Part shown: positions 18,518-29,809 of the stretch, piece after piece
Numbering within the stretch: position 1 is the first letter of the stretch
How the letters are laid out: every line of letters starts with the position of its first letter
Assembly: GCF_022846255.1 (NCBI RefSeq)
Contig: NZ_AP025682.1
DNA length: 64,000 nucleotides
Strand: one strand, 5' to 3'
DNA from: Escherichia coli
GTDB lineage: Bacteria > Pseudomonadota > Gammaproteobacteria > Enterobacterales > Enterobacteriaceae
Made by a program: the position numbers and the translations under genes
Notes under the pieces: model-generated
The model's database searches: none
Told to the model about the DNA's origin: nothing
Seen by the model: the letters and a program-made list of their open reading frames with translations, nothing else

Positions 18518-20665
18518 ATGAACGTTATTGCAATATTGAATCACATGGGGGTTTATTTTAAAGAAGAACCCATCCGTGAACTTCATCGCGCGCTTGAACG
18601 TCTGAACTTCCAGATTGTTTACCCGAACGACCGTGACGACTTATTAAAACTGATCGAAAACAATGCGCGTCTGTGCGGCGTTATTTTTGACTGGGATAAA
18701 TATAATCTCGAGCTGTGCGAAGAAATTAGCAAAATGAACGAGAACCTGCCGTTGTACGCGTTCGCTAATACGTATTCCACTCTCGATGTAAGCCTGAATG
18801 ACCTGCGTTTACAGATTAGCTTCTTTGAATATGCGCTGGGTGCTGCTGATGATATTGCTAACAAGATCAAGCAGACCACTGACGAATATATCAACACTAT
18901 TCTGCCTCCGCTGACCAAAGCACTGTTTAAATATGTTCGTGAAGGTAAATATACTTTCTGTACTCCTGGTCACATGGGTGGTACTGCATTCCAGAAAAGC
19001 CCGGTAGGTAGCCTGTTCTATGATTTCTTTGGTCCGAACACCATGAAATCTGATATTTCCATTTCAGTATCTGAATTGGGTTCTCTGCTGGATCACAGTG
19101 GTCCACACAAAGAAGCAGAACAGTATATCGCTCGCGTCTTTAACGCAGACCGCAGCTACATGGTGACCAACGGTACTTCCACTGCGAACAAAATTGTTGG
19201 TATGTACTCTGCTCCGGCAGGCAGCACCATTCTGATTGACCGTAACTGCCACAAATCGCTGACCCACCTGATGATGATGAGCGATGTTACGCCAATCTAT
19301 TTCCGCCCGACCCGTAACGCTTACGGTATTCTTGGTGGTATCCCACAGAGTGAATTCCAGCACGCTACCATTGCTAAGCGCGTGAAAGAAACACCAAACG
19401 CAACCTGGCCGGTACATGCTGTAATTACCAACTCTACCTATGATGGTCTGCTGTACAACACCGACTTCATCAAGAAAACACTGGATGTGAAATCCATCCA
19501 CTTTGACTCCGCGTGGGTGCCTTACACCAACTTCTCACCGATTTACGAAGGTAAATGCGGTATGAGCGGTGGCCGTGTAGAAGGGAAAGTGATTTACGAA
19601 ACCCAGTCTACTCACAAACTGCTGGCGGCGTTCTCTCAGGCTTCCATGATCCACGTTAAAGGTGACGTAAACGAAGAAACCTTTAACGAAGCCTACATGA
19701 TGCACACCACCACCTCTCCGCACTACGGTATCGTGGCGTCCACTGAAACCGCTGCGGCGATGATGAAAGGCAATGCAGGTAAACGTCTGATCAATGGTTC
19801 CATTGAACGTGCGATCAAATTCCGTAAAGAGATCAAACGTCTGAGAACGGAATCTGATGGCTGGTTCTTTGATGTATGGCAGCCGGATCATATCGATACG
19901 ACTGAATGCTGGCCGCTGCGTTCTGACAGCACCTGGCACGGCTTCAAAAACATCGATAACGAGCACATGTATCTTGACCCGATCAAAGTCACCCTGCTGA
20001 CTCCGGGGATGGAAAAAGACGGCACCATGAGCGACTTTGGTATTCCGGCCAGCATCGTGGCGAAATACCTCGACGAACATGGCATCGTTGTTGAGAAAAC
20101 CGGTCCGTATAACCTGCTGTTCCTGTTCAGCATCGGTATCGATAAGACCAAAGCACTGAGCCTGCTGCGTGCTCTGACTGACTTCAAACGTGCGTTCGAT
20201 CTGAACCTGCGTGTGAAAAACATGCTGCCGTCTCTGTATCGTGAAGATCCTGAATTCTATGAAAACATGCGTATTCAGGAACTGGCTCAGAATATCCACA
20301 AACTGATTGTTCACCACAATCTGCCGGATCTGATGTATCGCGCATTTGAAGTTCTGCCGACTATGGTAATGACTCCGTATGCTGCGTTCCAGAAAGAGCT
20401 GCACGGTATGACCGAAGAAGTTTACCTCGACGAAATGGTAGGTCGTATTAACGCCAATATGATCCTTCCGTATCCGCCGGGAGTTCCTCTGGTAATGCCG
20501 GGTGAAATGATCACCGAAGAAAGCCGTCCGGTTCTGGAGTTCCTGCAGATGCTGTGTGAAATCGGCGCTCACTATCCGGGCTTTGAAACCGATATTCACG
20601 GTGCATACCGTCAGGCTGATGGCCGCTATACCGTTAAAGTATTGAAAGAAGAAAGCAAAAAATAA
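18518..20665 (+). CDS. cadA: Inducible lysine decarboxylase
   Basis: 715 aa from the ATG at M14 of the track ORF (MNVIAILNHMGVYFKEEP…); PLP-fold decarboxylase with the STHKLL motif. Confidence 0.95.
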   Translation: MNVIAILNHMGVYFKEEPIRELHRALERLNFQIVYPNDRDDLLKLIENNARLCGVIFDWDKYNLELCEEISKMNENLPLYAFANTYSTLDVSLNDLRLQISFFEYALGAADDIANKIKQTTDEYINTILPPLTKALFKYVREGKYTFCTPGHMGGTAFQKSPVGSLFYDFFGPNTMKSDISISVSELGSLLDHSGPHKEAEQYIARVFNADRSYMVTNGTSTANKIVGMYSAPAGSTILIDRNCHKSLTHLMMMSDVTPIYFRPTRNAYGILGGIPQSEFQHATIAKRVKETPNATWPVHAVITNSTYDGLLYNTDFIKKTLDVKSIHFDSAWVPYTNFSPIYEGKCGMSGGRVEGKVIYETQSTHKLLAAFSQASMIHVKGDVNEETFNEAYMMHTTTSPHYGIVASTETAAAMMKGNAGKRLINGSIERAIKFRKEIKRLRTESDGWFFDVWQPDHIDTTECWPLRSDSTWHGFKNIDNEHMYLDPIKVTLLTPGMEKDGTMSDFGIPASIVAKYLDEHGIVVEKTGPYNLLFLFSIGIDKTKALSLLRALTDFKRAFDLNLRVKNMLPSLYREDPEFYENMRIQELAQNIHKLIVHHNLPDLMYRAFEVLPTMVMTPYAAFQKELHGMTEEVYLDEMVGRINANMILPYPPGVPLVMPGEMITEESRPVLEFLQMLCEIGAHYPGFETDIHGAYRQADGRYTVKVLKEESKK

Positions 20666-20678
20666 TTAGCTCGTACAA

Positions 20679-20707
20679 GGGAAGTGGCTTGCCACTTCCC
20701 TTTTTTG
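20679..20707 (+). terminator. Rho-independent terminator after cadA
   Basis: gggaagtggc-tt-gccacttccc hairpin followed by tttttt. Confidence 0.7.
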
Positions 20708-20723
20708 CTCATAAGGAGAACAC

Positions 20724-22181
20724 ATGAAAACACCCTCACAGCCGCGCGCGATATACTATATCGTGGCGATCCAAATCTGGGAGTACTTCAGTTTTTACGG
20801 CATGCGTGCCTTACTCATTCTCTATCTCACCCATCAGCTTGGTTTTGATGATAACCATGCCATCAGCCTGTTCAGCGCATATGCTTCTCTGGTTTACGTT
20901 ACCCCTATTCTCGGCGGCTGGCTTGCCGACCGCCTGCTCGGCAACCGCACTGCAGTGATTGCCGGCGCGCTGTTAATGACCCTTGGCCATGTGGTGCTGG
21001 GCATTGATACAAATTCAACCTTTAGCCTGTATCTGGCGCTGGCAATCATTATTTGTGGCTACGGTTTATTCAAATCAAACATCAGCTGTTTGCTTGGCGA
21101 GCTCTACGACGAGAACGATCATCGACGTGATGGCGGTTTTTCGCTGCTATATGCTGCGGGCAATATCGGTTCTATCGCCGCGCCCATCGCCTGCGGCCTG
21201 GCTGCTCAGTGGTATGGATGGCATGTTGGCTTTGCCCTTGCGGGAGGCGGCATGTTTATCGGTTTGTTGATTTTCTTAAGTGGTCATCGTCATTTCCAGT
21301 CCACGCGTAGTATGGATAAAAAAGCGCTCACTAGCGTCAAATTTGCCTTACCAGTATGGAGCTGGTTAGTGGTGATGCTCTGTTTAGCCCCAGTATTTTT
21401 TACCCTGCTGCTGGAGAACGACTGGTCCGGATATTTGCTGGCGATCGTTTGCCTCATTGCCGCACAAATCATTGCCCGCATGATGATCAAATTCCCCGAA
21501 CACCGCCGTGCTCTTTGGCAAATTGTATTGTTGATGTTTGTCGGGACGTTGTTCTGGGTACTGGCACAACAGGGCGGCAGTACCATCAGCTTGTTTATCG
21601 ATCGCTTTGTGAATCGTCAGGCATTCAATATTGAAGTACCTACAGCACTATTCCAGTCGGTGAATGCCATTGCGGTGATGCTCGCTGGGGTTGTTCTGGC
21701 CTGGCTGGCGTCGCCAGAAAGCCGCGGCAATTCAGCATTGCGCGTCTGGCTGAAGTTTGCCTTTGGCTTACTGCTGATGGCTTGTGGCTTTATGTTGCTG
21801 GCATTTGATGCCCGACATGCAGCGGCTGGCGGTCAAGCGTCAATGGGCGTGATGATATCCGGGCTGGCGCTAATGGGCTTTGCTGAACTCTTTATTGACC
21901 CGGTGGCGATTGCGCAAATCACGCGTCTGAAAATGTCTGGCGTATTAACTGGTATTTATATGCTGGCAACAGGCGCAGTCGCCAACTGGCTGGCAGGCGT
22001 CGTGGCACAGCAGACGACAGAGTCGCAAATTAGCGGTATGGCAATTGCCGCTTACCAGCGATTCTTTTCTCAGATGGGAGAGTGGACGTTGGCTTGTGTC
22101 GCGATCATCGTGGTATTGGCCTTTGCTACCCGTTTTCTGTTTAGCACGCCGACGAATATGATACAGGAGAGCAACGATTAA
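20724..22181 (+). CDS. dtpC: Dipeptide/tripeptide:H+ symporter (POT family)
   Basis: 485-aa membrane protein with the POT signature region (…[26 protein letters not shown]…). Confidence 0.9.
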   Translation: MKTPSQPRAIYYIVAIQIWEYFSFYGMRALLILYLTHQLGFDDNHAISLFSAYASLVYVTPILGGWLADRLLGNRTAVIAGALLMTLGHVVLGIDTNSTFSLYLALAIIICGYGLFKSNISCLLGELYDENDHRRDGGFSLLYAAGNIGSIAAPIACGLAAQWYGWHVGFALAGGGMFIGLLIFLSGHRHFQSTRSMDKKALTSVKFALPVWSWLVVMLCLAPVFFTLLLENDWSGYLLAIVCLIAAQIIARMMIKFPEHRRALWQIVLLMFVGTLFWVLAQQGGSTISLFIDRFVNRQAFNIEVPTALFQSVNAIAVMLAGVVLAWLASPESRGNSALRVWLKFAFGLLLMACGFMLLAFDARHAAAGGQASMGVMISGLALMGFAELFIDPVAIAQITRLKMSGVLTGIYMLATGAVANWLAGVVAQQTTESQISGMAIAAYQRFFSQMGEWTLACVAIIVVLAFATRFLFSTPTNMIQESND

Positions 22182-22417
22182 CTGTCGTAAAAACAATTGG
22201 TTATGAATAAATTAACTTTCAGTTTATCACACTAGCAAATCGAGATTAATAAGTCATTTAAACCATTTTTATGGTTATTTATTAGTGATATCAACTTGAG
22301 GTAAACGTTAGTTTCGATAAGATAAACTGAGTTATTAATAGTCGAGGCAGATAATACAGTGTACCGATCTGTCTCTTTATCTACGCTAAATTGAAAGCTG
22401 GATTTAGAGGAACCAAA

Positions 22418-23935
22418 ATGTCTGAACGAGAAACACGGGGAGCCAATGAGGCTATTGATTTTAACGATGAACTGAGAAATCGCCGCGAAAAACTGGCGGC
22501 ACTACGTCAGCAAGGTGTGGCGTTTCCCAATGATTTTCGCCGCGACCATACCTCTGACCAGTTGCACGAAGAGTTTGATGCGAAGGATAACCAGGAACTG
22601 GAATCCTTAAACATTGAAGTCTCGGTTGCTGGCCGAATGATGACCCGTCGTATTATGGGGAAAGCCTCCTTTGTAACGTTGCAGGATGTCGGTGGCCGTA
22701 TTCAACTGTACGTTGCAAGAGATAGCCTGCCAGAAGGTGTTTATAACGATCAGTTTAAAAAATGGGATCTGGGTGACATTATCGGTGCCTGCGGTACGCT
22801 GTTTAAGACGCAAACGGGTGAGCTTTCCATTCACTGTACTGAGCTGCGCCTGCTGACTAAAGCACTACGTCCTTTACCAGATAAATTCCATGGTCTGCAG
22901 GATCAGGAAGTCCGTTATCGTCAACGTTATCTGGACCTCATCGCTAACGATAAATCCCGTCAAACGTTTGTTGTCCGTTCAAAAATTCTGGCCGCTATCC
23001 GTCAGTTCATGGTCGCACGCGGCTTTATGGAAGTAGAAACCCCGATGATGCAGGTAATTCCAGGTGGGGCATCTGCTCGCCCGTTTATTACCCATCATAA
23101 CGCTCTGGATTTAGATATGTACCTGCGTATCGCGCCGGAGCTGTATCTGAAACGTCTGGTTGTAGGCGGTTTTGAACGGGTATTCGAAATCAACCGTAAC
23201 TTCCGTAATGAAGGTATTTCTGTTCGCCATAATCCTGAGTTCACAATGATGGAACTCTACATGGCATATGCGGATTACCACGATTTGATTGAACTGACGG
23301 AGTCACTGTTCCGCACCCTGGCACAAGAGGTACTGGGTACCACTAAAGTCACTTATGGCGAGCATGTGTTTGATTTCGGCAAACCGTTTGAAAAACTCAC
23401 CATGCGCGAAGCAATCAAAAAATATCGTCCAGAAACCGATATGGCGGATCTGGATAATTTTGATGCTGCTAAAGCATTAGCTGAATCTATCGGTATTACG
23501 GTAGAGAAAAGCTGGGGGCTGGGACGTATTGTTACGGAGATCTTTGATGAAGTGGCAGAAGCACATCTGATTCAGCCAACCTTTATTACGGAATATCCGG
23601 CAGAAGTGTCCCCGCTGGCGCGCCGTAATGATGTTAACCCGGAAATCACCGACCGTTTTGAATTCTTCATCGGTGGTCGTGAAATTGGTAATGGTTTTAG
23701 CGAATTAAACGACGCAGAAGATCAGGCTGAACGTTTCCAGGAACAGGTTAACGCTAAAGCTGCAGGTGACGACGAAGCCATGTTCTATGACGAAGATTAC
23801 GTGACTGCGCTGGAATATGGCCTGCCGCCAACCGCTGGTCTGGGTATTGGTATCGACCGAATGATTATGCTGTTTACAAACAGTCATACTATTCGCGACG
23901 TTATTCTCTTCCCGGCGATGCGCCCACTGAAATAA
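22418..23935 (+). CDS. lysU: Lysyl-tRNA synthetase, inducible isoform
   Basis: 505 aa from M10 of the track ORF ([33 protein letters not shown]…); class II aaRS motifs. Confidence 0.9.
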   Translation: MSERETRGANEAIDFNDELRNRREKLAALRQQGVAFPNDFRRDHTSDQLHEEFDAKDNQELESLNIEVSVAGRMMTRRIMGKASFVTLQDVGGRIQLYVARDSLPEGVYNDQFKKWDLGDIIGACGTLFKTQTGELSIHCTELRLLTKALRPLPDKFHGLQDQEVRYRQRYLDLIANDKSRQTFVVRSKILAAIRQFMVARGFMEVETPMMQVIPGGASARPFITHHNALDLDMYLRIAPELYLKRLVVGGFERVFEINRNFRNEGISVRHNPEFTMMELYMAYADYHDLIELTESLFRTLAQEVLGTTKVTYGEHVFDFGKPFEKLTMREAIKKYRPETDMADLDNFDAAKALAESIGITVEKSWGLGRIVTEIFDEVAEAHLIQPTFITEYPAEVSPLARRNDVNPEITDRFEFFIGGREIGNGFSELNDAEDQAERFQEQVNAKAAGDDEAMFYDEDYVTALEYGLPPTAGLGIGIDRMIMLFTNSHTIRDVILFPAMRPLK

Positions 23936-24053
23936 ATTTCACTTTAATGAACGAAGCAGTCAGGCGACTGCTTCGTTCGTCATTCCGCAAATCCAGTTTT
24001 GAGGAGAGACGCTTCGTTTCAAGATAACCAGCGGGTCCACTCAACTACAGCTC

Positions 24054-24227
24054 CTAAAAGAGAGAAAAAAGTAATGCCACAGGCAGACTCATTGGCCAGG
24101 TTATTCCGACCAGAAATGCACTAAGTAAACGAATATGTGTTTTCTCATGTGAGATAAACCAGATAATGACAAAGGATATGTTCACACCAATCACATAAAA
24201 AATTAATATTTTAGAGAATAGTGCCAT
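24054..24227 (-). CDS. ghoT: Type V toxin GhoT (small membrane toxin, 57 aa)
   Basis: Hand-translated minus-strand ORF MALFSKILIFYVIGVNISFVIIWFISHEKTHIRLLSAFLVGITWPMSLPVALLFSLF, immediately downstream of ghoS; below the 60-aa track cutoff. Coordinates hand-derived, ±1 nt possible. Confidence 0.8.
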   Translation of the reverse strand: MALFSKILIFYVIGVNISFVIIWFISHEKTHIRLLSAFLVGITWPMSLPVALLFSLF

Positions 24228-24254
24228 TTTTTATGTTCTTCTTATCCTTCCTGG

Positions 24255-24551
24255 CTACTTGTAAAACTGACGGAAATAGTCATCAACGGTCATAATGCTG
24301 AGGTCAAAATCAATATCCGGTAAGTCTAAGCATTTGAGCCTGATTAAATCTTCGATTTCACTTGCGGCTAACGATGTCGTTATTGCGAAGGAGTTTTCAT
24401 TCAGTTGTCGTGGTATCCCATATTCATCAGCCACGATAGAGGAGAAATTCATATCATACATCAATGATCTTAACCTTAAGAACACTGAGGAATAAGATGA
24501 TGGATAATCAAAAGAAACAACATAAGTATTGAACTTGTTTTTACCTTCCAT
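24255..24551 (-). CDS. ghoS: Type V antitoxin GhoS (RNase cleaving ghoT mRNA)
   Basis: 98-aa ORF MEGKNKFNTYVVSFDYPSSYSSVFLRLRSLMYDMNFSSIVADEYGIPRQLNENSFAITTSLAASEIEDLIRLKCLDLPDIDFDLSIMTVDDYFRQFYK. Confidence 0.85.
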   Translation of the reverse strand: MEGKNKFNTYVVSFDYPSSYSSVFLRLRSLMYDMNFSSIVADEYGIPRQLNENSFAITTSLAASEIEDLIRLKCLDLPDIDFDLSIMTVDDYFRQFYK

Positions 24552-24778
24552 AATATGACTCCTATCAATATTGAACGCTCTGGGGACGCAAAACTTATTA
24601 ACCCCGAATGATGATTCTCATATAGGAGATATTCTTTTTTTTTGCTCAGTAAAGGGGATGACTTGGGACAAAAAAACGCTCTCTCTGACCATTCTTTGTG
24701 CATCCCCCTACCCTTCAGATGCTCTCCTGCATCACACCGCGGAGAGCATGAAAAATATCGTGACTCTGTACTCTCCCA

Positions 24779-25051
24779 TCAACTGCGAATATCATCATAC
24801 TCCCGTGTTTTATCAAATTCGTGTTTCGCAAATGGGCATAGTGGGATAATTTTTCGTTTTTCCCGACGCATTTTTTCCACGACTTTCGCAACCAGCTGTT
24901 TACCAATCCCTTGCCCTTTCAGGCTTTCATCGACATCGGTATGTTCGATAATCGCTAAATTCTCTCCGGTCGGCACAAAGACAATTTCAGCGATTTGCTT
25001 GCCTTGTTCGTCATTAATGTAAAATTTATTGTGGCCTTCGCGTATTTCCAT
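24779..25051 (-). CDS. yjdJ: GNAT-like small protein YjdJ
   Basis: 90-aa ORF with the GNAT-like QGIGKQLV motif. Confidence 0.8.
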   Translation of the reverse strand: MEIREGHNKFYINDEQGKQIAEIVFVPTGENLAIIEHTDVDESLKGQGIGKQLVAKVVEKMRREKRKIIPLCPFAKHEFDKTREYDDIRS

Positions 25052-25062
25052 TTTACCCTCGC

Positions 25063-25293
25063 TTATTTATGACGGTATTTCAGCGCGCCACTCGGGCACG
25101 TATCAATCACTTTAACCACAGTGGCAACGTCGACTTCATCCGGCATGATTCACGGCTTTCGTTTGAGATTAAATAACTTGCCGTTGCCACGTACGCAATT
25201 GCCAGAATGCTGACATATCGCAGTATTGAAATAGACATCGATCTTTTCGCCGGTATAACAGCGATAACCCCCGTCCAGTAGCGCCCGATCCAT
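25063..25293 (-). pseudogene. yjdI: yjdI (DUF1271 Cys-rich protein) interrupted by an in-frame TGA at codon 48
   Basis: Minus-strand frame from the ATG at 25293 reads MDRALLDGGYRCYTGEKIDVYFNTAICQHSGNCVRGNGKLFNLKRKP, then TGA at 25152..25150, then [28 protein letters not shown] to the TAA at 25063-25065. 47 + 1 + 28 = 76 codons; the track has no ORF of 60 aa or more in this frame. Confidence 0.6.
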
Positions 25294-25473
25294 GACCTTC
25301 CCTCTCTCATCAGTATGATTATCGCTATAAGCATAGCCCCGGAATCTTCATACAGCACTGGCAGTTTCCGTTGCCAGAATCTCTTCCCCTATATAGCCAA
25401 TCATTCTTACTCCCTTTGAATTACCCGCCTCATCAGAGATAATGCTTAAGAAATTTGTCACACAAGGAAGCTG

Positions 25474-27105
25474 ATGAGACATTCATTGCCCTACCGTATG
25501 TTACGCAAACGTCCGATGAAATTGAGTACCACTGTGATCTTAATGGTCAGCGCGGTACTGTTCTCGGTGCTATTGGTGGTGCATCTGATTTACTTCTCGC
25601 AAATCAGTGATATGACGCGAGACGGGCTAGCTAACAAGGCTCTGGCAGTAGCGCGTACCCTCGCCGACTCGCCGGAAATCCGTCAGGGCTTGCAGAAAAA
25701 ACCGCAGGAGAGTGGAATCCAGGCCATCGCGGAAGCCGTGCGCAAACGCAACGATCTGCTGTTTATTGTCGTTACCGATATGCACAGTCTTCGCTACTCG
25801 CATCCTGAAGCCCAGCGTATTGGTCAGCCATTTAAAGGTGATGACATCCTTAAAGCGCTGAATGGCGAAGAAAATGTCGCTATCAATCGCGGTTTTCTGG
25901 CGCAGGCTTTACGCGTATTTACCCCCATCTACGATGAAAATCATAAACAAATTGGCGTAGTGGCGATCGGCCTTGAGTTAAGCCGCGTGACCCAACAGAT
26001 CAATGACAGTCGCTGGAGCATTATCTGGTCGGTACTATTTGGCATGCTGGTCGGACTGATCGGCACCTGCATTCTGGTTAACGTACTGAAAAAAATCCTT
26101 TTCGGCCTGGAACCCTACGAAATCTCCACACTGTTTGAGCAACGCCAGGCCATGTTGCAGTCCATCAAAGAAGGCGTCGTTGCCGTGGACGATCGCGGCG
26201 AGGTCACGCTGATCAACGATGCCGCACAAGAATTGCTGAATTACCGTAAGTCGCAGGACGATGAGAAACTGTCGACGCTAAGCCACTCGTGGTCACAAGT
26301 GGTAGATGTCTCGGAAGTGTTACGCGACGGAACCCCACGCCGCGACGAAGAGATTACGATTAAAGACCGACTATTACTGATCAACACCGTTCCGGTGCGC
26401 AGTAATGGCGTTATCATCGGTGCCATTTCAACCTTCAGGGACAAAACTGAAGTACGTAAACTGATGCAGCGACTCGACGGTCTGGTCAACTATGCTGACG
26501 CACTTCGTGAACGATCCCACGAATTTATGAATAAATTGCATGTGATTCTCGGATTATTGCATCTGAAGAGTTATAAGCAGTTGGAAGATTACATTCTCAA
26601 AACAGCCAATAACTATCAGGAAGAGATTGGCTCTCTGCTGGGTAAGATCAAATCTCCGGTTATCGCTGGTTTTTTAATCAGCAAGATTAACCGCGCGACC
26701 GATTTAGGCCATACGCTGATTTTAAACAGTGAAAGCCAGCTGCCAGACAGCGGTAGTGAGGATCAGGTCGCGACGCTGATTACCACGTTGGGAAATCTGA
26801 TAGAAAACGCGCTGGAGGCATTAGGGCCGGAACCCGGTGGCGAAATTAGCGTAACATTGCACTACCGTCACGGCTGGCTGCACTGCGAAGTTAACGATGA
26901 TGGACCGGGGATCGCACCCGACAAAATCGATCACATTTTTGACAAAGGTGTCTCGACAAAAGGAAGCGAGCGAGGCGTCGGTTTAGCACTTGTCAAACAA
27001 CAGGTAGAAAATCTCGGCGGCAGCATCGCCGTGGAATCGGAACCCGGGATTTTCACACAATTTTTTGTCCAGATACCCTGGGACGGGGAGAGGTCGAACA
27101 GATGA
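25474..27105 (+). CDS. dcuS: C4-dicarboxylate sensor histidine kinase
   Basis: 543 aa; two transmembrane segments, periplasmic sensor, PAS and HATPase_c motifs (DDGPGIAPD). Confidence 0.95.
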   Translation: MRHSLPYRMLRKRPMKLSTTVILMVSAVLFSVLLVVHLIYFSQISDMTRDGLANKALAVARTLADSPEIRQGLQKKPQESGIQAIAEAVRKRNDLLFIVVTDMHSLRYSHPEAQRIGQPFKGDDILKALNGEENVAINRGFLAQALRVFTPIYDENHKQIGVVAIGLELSRVTQQINDSRWSIIWSVLFGMLVGLIGTCILVNVLKKILFGLEPYEISTLFEQRQAMLQSIKEGVVAVDDRGEVTLINDAAQELLNYRKSQDDEKLSTLSHSWSQVVDVSEVLRDGTPRRDEEITIKDRLLLINTVPVRSNGVIIGAISTFRDKTEVRKLMQRLDGLVNYADALRERSHEFMNKLHVILGLLHLKSYKQLEDYILKTANNYQEEIGSLLGKIKSPVIAGFLISKINRATDLGHTLILNSESQLPDSGSEDQVATLITTLGNLIENALEALGPEPGGEISVTLHYRHGWLHCEVNDDGPGIAPDKIDHIFDKGVSTKGSERGVGLALVKQQVENLGGSIAVESEPGIFTQFFVQIPWDGERSNR

Positions 27106-27821
27106 TCAATGTATTAATTATCGATGATGACGCAATGGTCGCGGAGCTGAATCGCCGATACGTGGCACAAATCCCGGGCTTTCAATGCTGTGGAACGGCT
27201 TCGACGCTGGAGAAAGCCAAAGAGATTATCTTCAATAGCGATACGCCTATCGACCTGATATTGCTAGATATCTATATGCAAAAAGAGAACGGGCTCGATT
27301 TACTGCCTGTCCTGCATAACGCGCGTTGCAAAAGTGATGTGATTGTCATCTCCTCCGCTGCCGATGCAGTAACCATTAAAGATTCGCTGCATTACGGTGT
27401 TGTGGATTACCTGATCAAACCCTTCCAGGCTTCCCGCTTTGAAGAGGCGCTCACCGGCTGGCGGCAAAAGAAAATGGCGCTGGAAAAACATCAGTATTAT
27501 GACCAGGCCGAGCTTGATCAGCTAATCCACGGCAGCAGCTCCAACGAGCAGGATCCTCGTCGCTTGCCAAAAGGCTTAACGCCGCAGACGTTACGCACGC
27601 TGTGCCAGTGGATTGACGCGCATCAGGACTATGAGTTTTCAACCGACGAGCTGGCTAACGAGGTTAACATCTCGCGTGTTTCCTGCCGTAAATACCTTAT
27701 CTGGCTGGTCAACTGCCACATATTGTTCACCAGTATCCATTATGGCGTCACGGGGCGTCCGGTTTACCGTTACCGTATTCAGGCAGAACACTACTCACTA
27801 CTGAAACAATATTGCCAATAA
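27102..27821 (+). CDS. dcuR: C4-dicarboxylate response regulator
   Basis: 239 aa, CitB-family receiver domain; start overlaps the dcuS stop. Confidence 0.95.
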   Translation: MINVLIIDDDAMVAELNRRYVAQIPGFQCCGTASTLEKAKEIIFNSDTPIDLILLDIYMQKENGLDLLPVLHNARCKSDVIVISSAADAVTIKDSLHYGVVDYLIKPFQASRFEEALTGWRQKKMALEKHQYYDQAELDQLIHGSSSNEQDPRRLPKGLTPQTLRTLCQWIDAHQDYEFSTDELANEVNISRVSCRKYLIWLVNCHILFTSIHYGVTGRPVYRYRIQAEHYSLLKQYCQ

Positions 27822-28391
27822 CGGATCGCTGGTTATCTGTAAGTAATAATTATTACCGTAATGCAAAATCCCCCTGGCACAAGTTACATCGTTCATCAGT
27901 AAAACTTGTGCCAGATCAAATATAATTATCCCTCCATCATCGCTAAAAATTAATATCTCTTCAGATGAACGGTGTTTTTAATTTCAAAACGCTAACAAAA
28001 GTTAATTAACTATTATGTCACCCACATTATGTGTATTTTTACCCACAAATGGGTAGATCAGATTAATCTATAAACCTAATGATACCTGCCCTGAGAACAA
28101 AAAACAGACCGATAAATATCAATAAGATAACAGCAAACAAAACATTAACATCTGCGCTGTACAAACTATAAACCCATCGCCAGAGAGTCTTTCTCTCTGA
28201 AAAAGCCGCTTATCACAGTGCATAAATTTGCCGCTGCTTTAATCAGCCAATATTCACTGTGAGGTATTTGCTCAAGCCGGTAACGACCAAACGGATATTT
28301 AGTCAGGCTCTGAAAACAGTTCATACAAAACAGAACGTGACTGTGATCTATTCAGCAAAAATTTAAATAGGATTATCGCGAGGGTTCACAC

Positions 28392-29732
28392 ATGTTATTT
28401 ACTATCCAACTTATCATAATACTGATATGTCTGTTTTATGGTGCCAGAAAGGGGGGTATCGCGCTGGGTTTATTAGGCGGTATCGGTCTGGTCATTCTGG
28501 TCTTCGTCTTCCACCTTCAGCCAGGTAAACCACCGGTTGATGTCATGCTGGTTATCATTGCGGTGGTGGCGGCATCGGCGACCTTGCAAGCTTCGGGCGG
28601 TCTTGATGTCATGCTGCAAATTGCCGAGAAGCTGCTGCGTCGCAACCCGAAATATGTCTCAATTGTCGCGCCGTTTGTGACCTGTACGCTGACCATTCTT
28701 TGCGGTACGGGTCATGTGGTTTACACCATTCTGCCGATCATCTACGACGTTGCTATTAAGAACAACATCCGTCCGGAACGTCCGATGGCGGCAAGTTCTA
28801 TCGGTGCACAGATGGGGATTATCGCCAGTCCGGTGTCGGTTGCGGTCGTATCTTTGGTTGCGATGCTGGGTAATGTCACCTTTGATGGTCGCCATCTTGA
28901 GTTCCTCGACCTGCTGGCAATCACCATTCCATCGACGTTAATCGGTATCCTGGCGATCGGTATCTTCAGCTGGTTCCGCGGTAAAGATCTGGATAAAGAC
29001 GAAGAGTTCCAAAAATTCATCTCCGTACCGGAAAACCGTGAGTATGTTTACGGTGATACCGCGACGCTGCTGGATAAAAAACTGCCGAAAAGCAACTGGC
29101 TGGCAATGTGGATCTTCCTCGGGGCAATCGCTGTAGTCGCCCTTCTTGGTGCTGATTCGGACCTGCGTCCATCCTTCGGCGGCAAACCGCTGTCGATGGT
29201 ACTGGTTATTCAGATGTTTATGCTGCTGACCGGGGCGCTGATTATTATCCTGACCAAAACCAATCCCGCGTCTATCTCAAAAAACGAAGTCTTCCGTTCC
29301 GGTATGATCGCCATCGTGGCGGTGTACGGTATCGCATGGATGGCTGAAACCATGTTCGGTGCGCATATGTCTGAAATTCAGGGCGTACTGGGTGAAATGG
29401 TGAAAGAGTATCCGTGGGCCTATGCCATTGTTCTGCTGCTGGTTTCCAAGTTTGTAAACTCTCAGGCTGCGGCGCTGGCGGCGATTGTTCCGGTCGCGCT
29501 GGCGATCGGCGTTGACCCCGCTTACATCGTGGCTTCAGCACCGGCTTGCTACGGTTATTACATCCTGCCGACTTATCCGAGCGATCTGGCAGCGATTCAG
29601 TTTGACCGTTCCGGCACCACCCACATCGGTCGCTTCGTCATCAACCACAGCTTTATTCTGCCGGGGTTGATTGGTGTGAGCGTATCGTGCGTCTTCGGCT
29701 GGATCTTCGCCGCGATGTACGGGTTCTTATAA
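28392..29732 (+). CDS. dcuB: Anaerobic C4-dicarboxylate antiporter
   Basis: 446-aa polytopic membrane protein of the DcuA/DcuB family. Confidence 0.95.
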
Positions 29733-29809
29733 ATGCACTTTGCGTGCCGCCCGTGACTACGCGGCACGCCATTTTCGAATAACAAATACAGAGTTACAGG
29801 CTGGAAGCT

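Noticed and set aside
19535-20599. 354-aa minus-strand ORF inside cadA, and similar long antisense ORFs inside adiA (35118..36224), fumB (30548..31060), phnI/J/K/L/M and crfC
   Set aside because: They lie antisense to well-conserved genes with clear domain motifs, and their translations are low-complexity Arg/His/Gln-rich strings typical of antisense frames in GC-rich coding DNA.
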